From: Lytechinus pictus
Lineage: Eukaryota
Length of the DNA stretch: 64,000 nucleotides
Assembly (NCBI RefSeq): GCF_037042905.1
Contig: NC_087251.1
Coordinates: forward strand, 25,360,001-25,424,000
Direction: 5' to 3'
Shown here: positions 51,966-64,000 of the stretch, piece by piece
Layout of the letters: each line of letters opens with the position of its first letter
Position numbering within the stretch: the first letter of the stretch is position 1
The notes under the pieces: generated by a model
The model's input: the letters and a program-made list of their open reading frames with translations, nothing else
Told to the model about the DNA's origin: nothing
The model's database searches: none
Position numbers and translations under genes: made by a program

Positions 51966-54900
51966 GGCGTTGATATTGATTACAAACGGATTGCTGAGGT
52001 GTGTTCAGAACTGGTTGAAAAACTATGAACGTATAATTTGAATAGTAAAAATATAATTGAAGTAACATAGTACAACGAAAAACACAAAAAACAGTAGCAC
52101 GGTACCACCTGTTAACATGATAATACATTTGTATGGTCCACTTCCTCTCAACCTTTAACAATGTTGGCCCAGGCTTTTAAATAATGCAGCTGTTAATTTT
52201 ATGTTGACGTTTGATTGAGAATATTTGCCTGACGTAGCAACATGAATTGAGTACGACGTTGATTAAATGTTTTAGTCAAGTCATTGTTGATAGGTTGTAA
52301 CTTTATTGACGGGTGTTTCTCTCGCCCATGAATGAACTAGAAACCAAATTGAGAGCTGAACTGTTGCTATTTCAGGCAAATATCTGTTTTTATTCATACC
52401 AGTTTACTTAGAGTTATTTAGTTCACGGAGATACCGCTGAAGTGTAATAGTTATAATAACAATAATGATGATGATAATAATAAATATCATAATAATAATA
52501 ATAATAATAATAATTATAAAAAAAAAATAATAATAATAAATATAAACAAGGTGGTTTACGAACAATGAGTCTCGCCTGATGATTTCGTGATCAATATACG
52601 CAATAATTATGATCTTTTGAACCCTAGATATCCTAGCTCTGACCTAATGATCCTCATGAACACACGTGTGGCATTACCTAATATGATTATTTGAACCAAG
52701 TGTGATAAAAATTGATGCAGAAATAAAGAAATAAGAGCAAGGTGAATAAGAACTACCAAAGAAAGATGGACATTGTCTCATATCATTAGACCATTGATTC
52801 CTAAATGACCTTTGCCCCCCCCCCCATCATTCTCATGGGCTCATAAGTACGAAGTATGAAGATAATTGATGCAGAAATAAAGAAATGAGAGCAAATTGAA
52901 CAAAAGCTTCATCATTTTTGTAACAGATTAACAGACCAACACAACTAACGCAGACTATTAACCAATCTTTCTATAAGGAAAAGGTTTAAGCATACTTAAA
53001 GCTAACTGAGTCTGATTATATACGAGAACTCGAGACTTAACTCACAAAAAGTCTGTTAATTTTAATTATTATTTATTTATCTATTTTTTTTTTTGGGGGG
53101 GGGGTCGGGAGGCAAAGTTTTGAAGGGGCCACACATGGCATACCAAGGCAAAACGAAGCTAACGAGCACAAAATGACCTTTTGAATACAAAGTTATAATT
53201 TTGTGATAAAATTTGGGCTTTCTTGTCAGAAAATGATATCATAATTTAAACCTTTTTTTCCTTTCCACTTCTTTCTCTTATTTTTTTTTGAGAATGGGGA
53301 GAGGGGGTCCATGGCCCTAAAGGCCTCATCTGTACGTCAGTGAATGCATTTGTTAATATTTAACTTTGCAGAAACTGGAACTTCTCCCCTATAGGCTGAT
53401 CTCTTTCTTTTGAGATCTTCTACCTCATATACAGCAGTATGTCTACACAGCTGCCTTGTGTGTCTACACGAGGAAGGTTGAATTACGAATTGTCTACACT
53501 AAAATTCATAATGATAATAATGTTTATCGCAAGACTGATAAACTCGTGGGAGTTTAGCCGCCAAGGGCTTTCGTGAGGTATACTGGCGTACCCTGAAATT
53601 TTCTTACGGAGGAAAGGTAGCCAAATCCATTTATACACGACATACATACAGGCTAGGCATGCTACAGACAAGCGATGAGGGAGGGGTAGCTCTAAACAAT
53701 ATAGCGTCCAGAGAAAATAAGTGGTCTCTTTTCCTGTAGATGTGCACGACGCGGCGCCGCGATGCTTCCTTTACATGCAAGAGGTACAACTTATGAAACT
53801 GTTAAAATCATCACTATTGTATTCGTCTATGCTCTCAACATTGGTATTGATGTTCTCTGTATGATGCATTATGTTAAAGTGTTTTACTTGATTTTCTCTA
53901 AATAAAAGTATATGCAATTACGAATTTGATTTGAGAAAATAAATCGGTTCCATGACATTTGCTCCGGCGACAATTGCTCCTCGTCAAATTGAACATATTA
54001 ATGGAAGGACCAACTTCAACCCTGCATTGAACACTATACCCTAATGCTAACATAAAACCACATTGCGATTTTGCAACTCTAACCCTATATCTTAGACGAA
54101 AGAAAGACCATGTCACCAAATTCTTACACAAAAAATGACTTTAAAAAGAGCCAGTAGGCCACAGTACCATGGAATGAAAATGGTAAAATTCGACCTTAGT
54201 TTAAGTATAGGCAATTGCTGTGTTCGTTCGATGAGAAAATATTCATCGAATCGAGAATCATATTCATCATAACCAACATCATCCGCATATTCACCACCAA
54301 CTTCTTCATCGTTGTCGTTGTCGCCAACACATTTCTCATACTCATCTTCCGATTTTTTTCCTCTTCATCCACCTCCTGGAATTGAGTCTCCATCATCATC
54401 ATCATCATCATCATCATATCATCATCACCATCATCATCATCATATTATCATCATCTATACTATCGCCGTCATTGTAAATTTTGTAATAATCATCATCATT
54501 TCCCCTCACATCTCCCCTCTGTCCTGTCCCTTCTATTTTCCCTCCTCCTCTTTTCTCCATCCACTCCTCCCATTGTTGCAGTCTGCATACTGCCACTTAT
54601 ATCACTAAATTAGACCACAACTACTATATGTTGTGCATCATTTTGTAACATTTTGTTTCCTTCATAGCAGAGAAATAATTCATTTTGATTATGCATTACC
54701 TCTACCCCGACACTGATGACTATACATTTTAGAATGAAAAAATCTGTGGACGATGAGCCCAGAAGTCTGTCTGGAAGAAGGTTGATGGATTTAATGGATA
54801 TGCCCCCTATCATCTATCATTAATGTTTTGTTTACATGTCAAATACCTACATTGAATGTTACTTAGCATATTTAGTGAGTGTTAGTATGTATACATCCTT

Positions 54901-55368
54901 TCTGGTGTTGACAGACGATGTCTTGAAAGAGTATCATTGCGAATCATTCTCCCAGCTGGTCTCTTTGATATTATCATAATATTCAAAGATAAAAATGTCA
55001 CCATCGATATTCTTAATATTATTCGTATAGGCCTATACACCCCAGGTAAATCAAACAGCTTCATGTAACCAATTTGATTACCATGCATCACGATTATGGG
55101 ATCGATTGCATTCTAAATTCAATCATTACCCTCATGTTCTAGTAATTTCATCCATTATTTTAGGCGGTAAATTAACAAAAAACACTCTCATTCTTTCATT
55201 TAATTTTGTGCTTCTTATTCATCGAGCATTCATAATTTTACCTATTTCGACTAATATTACTTATTGTTACTGCTGTGGAGTGAAAACATGTTTTTCTGAT
55301 CTACATACATTTGCCCTGCGCTGTACACTTCTGCCTTGATCTGATTGTGCTGGTTTGAAGAGACTATA

Positions 55369-56162
55369 CAGTGCGTCCCACAAAAAAAAACGAAACCGAG
55401 ATTCATCACGAATTCAATAGACAAAAATGACATTCCATTTTAAAGCATACTTAGAATTTTTCTCATTAATTTTACGCATGAGTGAGCAAAATAATTTGAA
55501 GAGGGGATACCAAAAAGTCACTTGGCGGGCTGTATCCGGGTTTCAAAAAGAAAACCTCATTTTTAAGAAGTTCAATATCTGCTCTTTAATTTGATACCTC
55601 AATTACAGAAAATAGTAAAAAATAACAAAGTTCTGGTTATTTGAAATAAGGCTTGAATTGCAGTAATTTCATAAAATGAAGAGATTTTACAGGCGAGCGT
55701 CCAGACTCACTCGACACTCCGTTTTCTTGACGATCAGCCATTCATTAAGTCTTTTATTAACCGTGCGATAGCTTCTGTGGGAAACCGGTGAAAATACGTT
55801 TATTCAATTAAATTATGGAAATACAAGCATTTTTTTCGAGGGAACAGAAATTTATAAATTCTTGACCATTTTCTGTGATTAAGGTATCAAATAAAAGAGC
55901 ATATATTGAACTTCTTAGGCATGTGATTTTCTTTTTGAAATTCAGATACCCTTCGCCAAATGAGTTTTTGGTATCCTTTCTTCAAATTGTTTTGCTCACT
56001 CATGCGTGAATGAGGAATAATCTAAGTAATTTCCATGATTTCAGATTAAAGAGGAGATTCTAAGCTTTACATTGGTATAGGTCATTTGTCTATTGTATTT
56101 GTGATTAAGTTATGATAAATTATCGATAAATATCGGTTTCGTTCTTTTTGTGGGACGCACTG
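55369..56162. mobile_element. Tc1/mariner-like MITE
   Basis: TA|CAGTGCGTCCCACAAAAA...TTTTTGTGGGACGCACTG|TA with long inverted arms. Confidence 0.8.
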
Positions 56163-59100
56163 TATAGTCTCTTTATCGTGCTGTGTGAGTTGTGTAACAT
56201 TGTGTAAGCCTTCTGTGATCTCGGGAATGCATCATCGGGGTGCTCACATCAGTACATATTCACTATACAGAGGCGCCATGAACAAAACCTAATTAGAACA
56301 GTTTACCGTGTGCATACAGTCACCAGGTGAAGAAAGATTTCATGGAGATGGACGGGGTTTTGGGAGGAATAAGAGGAAGAAGCGGAAGGGGGAGTGATGA
56401 GGATGTTGAGGAAGGAAATAAGAAAGGAGAGCTCGAGGAGAAGGAGGGGGAGAAAGAAAGGAGTGGGGTAGAGAGGCGGTGGAGTTGTTAGATTTAATAC
56501 AACAAAAAGAAAAAAAGGATAAAAGAGGAAGAAATAAAGAGAGCGAGCGACCAGGGAGTATTGAGAATTTTACAAGCAATAATGAGACAATCGACATACC
56601 ATAAACATGATAAATAAAGTTTTCTTGGTCTTCTTTACTTTCTCAATGGTGTGTTTATTCATCAAGACATACCAAGTTTCTGTACGTCCTGTTATGGTAA
56701 CTACCGTAAGAACTAGACAGGAGTGTTTTTTGCTGCCTGTACTAAAGCTATTAATCTGCACTTATAATACAATGTTTAAAATGGCCTTCCTTTACAAGGC
56801 AATTTTATTATGTGGGGTATGAGGCTGGAGGCCTATACAGTTATAGCTTACATGATTTCAAGCATTCATAAAAGAAGGAAAATAGAGGAAGGGAGTGAGA
56901 GAGGGAGAAAGAGAGAGAGAGAGGATGGGAGAGGGAGACAGAGTGGTGAACAATGGAATAAATGATGGAGGATGAGCGGCGGTTATGAACGAAACTGAAA
57001 AAAACTAATAACTTCCGGTTTACATGGCTTAACTCACTATGTTGAAATGTCTTCATTTTTACTTCACATGGTTTCCAGGTATATTAATCAATAAACACGA
57101 ATTTCAAGTGTTCTATAAAACGACACCTAGACCTATGATTTAATTTGATTTCATTTCATCTAGTGGATTAATGATGGTTCCATTGAACTGCCATCTGTCC
57201 ATGAAAGCGACATTAATCATTATCACCACAATCGCGGCTAATTATTTTAATTGAATGATTTATTCATCTCAATGAGACCTGACTGTTTGATAAAGAGGTG
57301 GGATGTACGTTCATACATCACCATGTCATGACTTCACTTTACATTGAAATACCGAAGAGTATAAAGACAGATGAAACTATTTTTCATTAGGTCATTCACT
57401 ACTAGATAGTACGAAACACAGTATGGTATTTTATGTGTTAGGTCGAATGCTTGTCTGTGGCGGCTTTCTATAGACAGTTTGAAAGCTCTTTTGAAAACTC
57501 AATACCCTTTTTGCTATTCGGGGTATCAGAATGCAATGACAATTGACAAAATACAGCACTAAGAAGTTACAGCACATTATTATTCATTCATTGGGAAGTA
57601 AACAAAAATAGAATGCACAATAATGTATTATGTCTGTGATTCTTATAGAGATCCATCTACATGACAGAAAATTATTGTGAGGTCTGAAAATTTGACAAAA
57701 TCCATATCGATGCCGTATATGGGTATTTTATATAGTAAAAATTGTAGAATCTATGGAATTGTAGAATGAAAAAAGGACCAGAGATGCAAAAACTGTGGGA
57801 AAAATTTCGTTTTATGTTATTATTGCCACTTTGCCAGGTAAAAAAAAATCCCTAATGCAAGCACTTCACATCATCAAAAAGTTAAAATATATTCACGATG
57901 GTGACTCGATATGAATCAATAGTAGGCCTAGAGTTGAGACTATGATATTTCTGATAATCTCTAGAATTTAACAGAAGAGAGAGAGAGAGAGAGGACACTT
58001 TTTTAAATTTGATTTGATTTATTGTTTCGTCTGCATTGCATAATACATTTTTCATCACATGCGTAACACATGTATATTGGTTACTGTGTTTTGTCATGAA
58101 TCATATAAGAATGGACTGAATAAAATGTCATTCTAAACGAATATGATCTACCACCAAACAATTTTAACATTTATAATTTGCAGGTGAATGATGGTAAAAG
58201 AGAGAAGAGATATATATAGTAAGCAAGCAAGTAGTAACCCTAAACCCAACACCTTCTACTTAAATCGATCGGCTAGTTTATTTGCATAATGCATTCTTGC
58301 AGGGCACAGTTATGACATAATCAATTTGCATATTGACTCATGTAGTACATTATCATTTCGGTCCTTTAATCGTGCTAATGAAATGGGAAAAAGTTACTTA
58401 TTATTCTATCGGATTTTATTATGTATTTCGCATGAAAACATTGTTGAAACAGACATACCTGTCAGGGTCGCGTATCACAAAAATTGCTATATTCGAGCAA
58501 ATTTACGATTACAGTTACCAAAATCATGGAATTTAATTGGCTGAAGGTATAAAAGTCTCATCGAAATTGTAAATATAATTATCGAAAACGAGTTTCATGA
58601 AACCGGGTCTTGATACTAGTACTGGAAATGCTGTTCGAACCACTGTCAGGTGTAATTGTCAATATACATCTACTCAGACCCCTGACACAGACTCATGCGG
58701 AGGGGAGTTAACATCAAGTGAAGATAACACATGCACTCCCCCTATCTCTTATCGCTTATCTAATTCCTCTCGCTTCTGCGTTTTACAAGATCTATTCCTG
58801 TTTTGATTGGCCTCGATCCTTGTTTGGGCATTGTCTATAAAGAGAATCTGAGGTATGCCAGGGGGTTGGGGCAATGATGTAACTGGGAGGGAAACGTCAT
58901 CATTTAAAAGGCGTGGTCATCTTCTGGTACTTGGTTAATCTTAATCCATTGACCATTGACAATTATAATAAAGCAAATCGATCTTGTGTAAGCACCCCGT
59001 AACTCTGTAATACACTGTATATCAAATTCCAATATATCACAGTAATACGATTTCATTCATTTTGAGAAAAAAGATGATTTAAGAATTGGAGGGATCAACT

Positions 59101-61550
59101 TTTTACCCCCCCCCGCCTCTCCTTTTTTTTTCAATCTAACCTTAAATTCGAGGAGGCCATTAAGGGCCAATCACGGCGGACGCCAATCACTGTTTTCTTT
59201 GGATATACTCACAGTCAATCAACCGCATCGCAATGTTAGCTGTATGTAGATGGTTGGGATAATAAACATCGTAGTAGTACTCGACCCTTTTCTCGCCGAT
59301 ACCAGAGCAATACATCAATAATCACAGTATTTATAGGATAGTATACAAATTACAATCATGCATAGCGATTACGTGATATGTTGGTTCCATGTAAAGGAGT
59401 GGGGCGGGGGCGATCCTCTCCCATAATGCTGCTGTATATTCGAGGGAGGGGGGGGGGGGGCACGCCCCCATCCCCTTGGAATAACAGGTGTAGAAATTTG
59501 TATCTGCAGGATGAGATACAAGACCCTGAAAATATTACCTTTCTCTACCCCCCCCCCCTCTCTCTCTGTATGTTGTTGGAGGCATTTGTACATTATGTCC
59601 ATGCATGTCTTCTGCACCTCCATTCATTATATCAGTTTCCATTAACTTGAATGAGTAGACATATTCATAAACAATGGCTTTACATTCCTGTCAATCATGT
59701 CACTGTCAAAAGGGCAAATGCCCCCACTTTGCTAAAGAAAGGTATAGAATAGTATCAATCAAACTTTGTCGTTCTAAAACTAGCTTTGTTCACTTCTAAT
59801 CTGTTAATTGTAGATACAGAGATACAACCTGAAAATTATAGATAAATAACGCCGTTTTTAAAACAATTAGCAACTTCCAAAGATCGGAACATGCTTCCTC
59901 GTAATAAATAGCGCATATATCTTTACTTAAAAAAAAACTTACTCAAGGCCCACCTTCTTATATTTCTATCATTAAATGATTTCATAACCTTTCATATCCA
60001 CAATAATGCCTATTAATTCATAATGATTTTGTCATAATGTACAATATTGTCTCATCTCAGAACATTTGTCATTAATTCATTATATTTTATCATATCATGT
60101 CATTCTTGTGACATGTCTGTTCTATAATTTGCTCTCGTATCACGTTTTTATTATTTTTAGTCGTTACATAAACATATAAATGTAATCTTTGTCCTTTTCT
60201 ATGGTAATTTACATTGTTTTATTTTTCGATTGTTAAACTTATGTTTTTTTTAAATTATATTGATGCTACTTTATTGTAATTGGTATTAAAACTTCTACAG
60301 GTTTTTAAAACCTTTTTGTATCTCTTGACATGTTTTATTTTGTTTGTTTTACTAGTCTAAATAAATACAAATGCAAATACAATTTTGTTTTATTAGACAC
60401 CTTCTAGATAGGCTTATATGATATCAAAATCCCCTATCCAGCACTGGCGTACAGATGGGGGGCATGGGGGGATCTGCATGCCAACCAAATTTTTCACGAT
60501 CAAGAAAAAAAAATTGAAAAATAAAGACAGAATGGTAAAACATATAATTTTCTGAATGCTATATATATGTCAAATCTATAACACAATTGGATTGTTGTAA
60601 CAAAATATCGAAATCCTTGCTCGCTCTCTTCGCTCGCTCGCAACTTTGTATAAATTATATGCGATGCACCATATCTAGCCCCCTCAAAATGTGTGGCTCA
60701 TTACGCCACTGCTACCCACCTGGATTAAGTTGTTATTATTCCTCTATAAATGCAATTTTTCAATTTAATTGTTATTAATGCAGAAAGAGAAAGAGGGAGT
60801 TTCTCATACTCACCAAAATAATGATTTTTTTAAAGTAAATAATTTTTCCATTGCAATCCCATCTCTCACTTTCCGAAAAATATGCTGTCCAAAAGCGTTG
60901 CTGATATATGTAAAGAGATCTATCTGCAGGGGTGTGAGTGGTCACAAATAAAAAGATCTAAAAAAGCTGAAGAATGTTGAAAAAGTATTGTATTTGTATT
61001 GAGGGAGAGTGGAAATACTCTCATTTATTTCTTTCAATAATATATACATGTAAAAACATACAAATATCATACATTATTTTGAACATAAATATACAAATAT
61101 AATCATGAAACATTAAGATGAGATTTGAAGAAAAAAATAATGAAAGAAAATGGTATCCCAAAAAGCCTCAAAGGCTTGCAAAAAGGGAAACCAAGAATAA
61201 AAACATAAGAGTGGTTATAGAAAATGATTTACAAATAGAACAGAGTACCGGAATGCGTCGCCACAACAGTAATATTAGAGTTTGATTGCAATGATCGGCA
61301 GGCACGTCGTCAGTACTTTCTTTCAAACCAAGACACTGACGACATGCCAGCCGGTCACTAAGTGAATCATTAAGAAAAAGTCTGAAATAAAAAGAGCTCC
61401 CATACTTTTGGTACAGAGGAAAGCCAAAAATAAGCTCAAATTAAGCTGAAAATCGAGAAAAAAAATCTGAAATCAGCTAAATATATGAACTCTCACGGTA
61501 AAAGGTAAAAACCTTATTTTACAAGGGCGCCATATCATTTTCAAGCTTAA

Positions 61551-62315
61551 AGGTCAAGTCCACCCCAGAAAAAAAGTTGAGTTGGATAAATAGAGAAAAA
61601 TCAAACATGAATAACACTGAAAACTTCATCAAAATTGGATGTAAAGTAAGAAAGTTATGACATTTTAAAGTTTCGCTTATTTTTCACAAAACAGTTCTAT
61701 GCTCAACTCAGTGATATGCAAATGAGAGAGTCGATGATGTCACTCACTCACTATTTCTTTTGTTTTTTATTATCTGAATTATACAATATTACAATTTTTA
61801 CAAATTTGACAATTAGGACCCCCTTGCTTGAACCACAAAATGTTAAAATAATGGAATTACATGAGTTCAGGGAGGAATGAAACTTTGTTTCACATGACAA
61901 TGACGAGAAAATCGAAATATTTCATATTTCATATAATAAAATACAAAAGAAATAGTGAGTGGGTGACGTCATCGGTTCCCTCATTTGCATACAGACCAGG
62001 GGAGTGTTTAATGAAAGGACTTGTCGGACGTTTTATCCGACAAATCCTGTTTTATCCGACAGTTACCATAGTAACAGTGCCTCTCAGCCAATCAGAATCA
62101 AGGAAAGATGTCAGATCTGACATCTTGTCGGACAAAATTGTTGATGAAACGCTCCCCCGGATGTGCATATAACTGTTTTGAAAAATTAAGCGAAACTTAA
62201 AAAGTGTTATAACTTTCTTATTTTACATCCGATTTTGATGACATTTTCAGTGTTATGCTTGTTTGATTTTTCTCTTTCTATTCAAATCAGCTATTTGTTT
62301 GGGTGGACTTGTCCT
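61551..62315. mobile_element. Kolobok-like MITE with nested short MITE (~61996-62160)
   Basis: TTAA|AGGTCAAGTCCACCC...GGGTGGACTTGTCCT|TTAA. Confidence 0.8.
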
Positions 62316-63639
62316 TTAATCGCTCACGACGGCGGTTTTCTGCATTCTTTTAAACTATGATATTTTCTTTCAAGTGAATGATGCATTTTGTTTAAAATTT
62401 ATTTTTCATTGCTTAAATTATGACTATTGTATCATTTCTTTGTAAAATATTTATTACCTTTACTCATTCATCATGAATGCAGAAATATAATGAAATAAAA
62501 TGAAATAAAAACATTTGATTTAAAAAGAAATGAAAATTTGTTTGATTTGAATAATATTTCGTTAAAAATAATTTGATGACTGCATTTTCTAGCACCTGCA
62601 TCAATCATTCCATCCCCTTGGTCAGTTAGTAGGTAGGTAGGTAGGTCGGGATGATCGTTTAAATCAGCATGTAACCCCTAGATTTCTTTAAAGTATACAT
62701 CCAAAGAATCAAAAGTATTTTATAATGACTTTATGTGGTCATCATTGTAAAGGGGAAGTATTACTAATCAGATATATAACTTCACTTTTCAAAATAGTGA
62801 TCAGAGATTGCAGAAATCAGCTCTCAAAAATGATTTATTTTCATGCCATATTTCTGCCTTCCATCGGTCCTCTTGCGAGCTCCAGCTGAGTGACGTCACA
62901 CAATGAGCAGTGAGCAGCTGAGCTGACAGCAGCCCATTGGAGACGATCTTTCCAATCAGCGTTTTTTGCTCTTAAATTGTTTATTCCTCTTAAGATTGGT
63001 CTTGTTATATAGATAAAAGTTTGAATTTACTGAACAGTGAAAAAAAGTGCACATTTAACGTATTTTAGTAACCGATATTTAGCTTAGAATTTTTTTTTTT
63101 CAAGAAATATATGTGAATAAACAAAGCATATTTTCACGTAGAAATCACACTTGCGTCACATTAATGTTATAGTCAATATAAAGCATAGACATTCTTCTTT
63201 ATGACTGAACAAAAATTATGAAATTTCATTAAGTAGCAAAGTCAGGAACCACAAAAAAAAACACGGCAATATCCATCGCGAAATGACTGAAATTGCAGTT
63301 GAATTGCCGAAGCATTATTAGGAAACAGCGGCGAGCGGACTTTCTTTCATATATCTTAAAAATGCCTCCTGTTAGGGCGATGATATATGGCCAAATGCGT
63401 TGGCCATTGTTTTGTCATGTGCGAGGACCCTGGTTCGAAACTCGGATTTTTTTTTTCTGGGTATTTTTTTTTTATTCCTTCCCCGTCCCTACCCATCTTT
63501 TTTTTCTCTTTTTATTTTCTTGTGAAATTCTATTCAGACCTGTATTTATCAAATCTTGCTTCTTAATTGCTGCTTTTGATTTTCAAGTTCTTGATTAGAT
63601 TATTTCTACTCTTATTTGGGATGGGAGGGGTAGAGTTAA

Positions 63640-63961
63640 AAGTCAAGTCCACATCAACTAAAAATTATTTGAATAGAGTATATTCCCTTGTTGTTTTTAC
63701 TCAAAACAGTCATATACACAAAACAATGATATGCAAATTAGAGTTGTCACTCACATCACATTCGTTTCTATTTTTTGTGGCATTTTGTTTTTTATTCTTT
63801 GCAGATTTGACGATAGGAAACTCTTCATCTGATCACAATAGGTTATATTTACGGAACTGTTAAAATAGTAAATTTGAATCAAAGTTTTTATGAAATTTCC
63901 TGCAATATCTTGTTATTTTTCTTTAAATTCAAATGAATTTTTGATTGCGTGGACTTCTCCT
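63640..63961. mobile_element. Degenerate Kolobok-like MITE
   Basis: TTAA|AAGTCAAGTCCAC...GTGGACTTCTCCT. Confidence 0.55.
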
Positions 63962-64000
63962 TTACTCTTAATGTAGGGAATGCATAGCAAAATTTATCCA

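Noticed and set aside
63375..63445. tRNA gene (B-box GGTTCGAAAC)
   Set aside because: No complete cloverleaf could be built; at most a decayed tRNA-derived SINE head.

Overview
AT-rich, intron-containing animal DNA, almost certainly echinoderm (probably sea urchin). The one intact protein gene is a 7-coding-exon, minus-strand, 372-aa echinoderm-type (creatine-kinase-lineage) arginine kinase (30363-35764), with a candidate non-coding first exon about 16 kb upstream. The first 22 kb is best explained as a ~20.4 kb foldback-like element (941-21298). It has TATGGCGCGCC termini, ~0.9 kb ends built from arrays of 17-bp palindromes, and a 6-bp target duplication (TACGTG). It has inserted into the subterminal region of an oppositely oriented copy of its own family, whose terminus is at 22193. 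Its interior holds a decayed, intron-split Mutator/MULE-like transposase relic, a decayed L1-type ORF1, a CR1 fragment, a tandem SINE with a 7SL-like head, and many MITEs. The rest of the window is nested non-autonomous DNA transposons and simple repeats. All calls were made by eye; no database searches were run.
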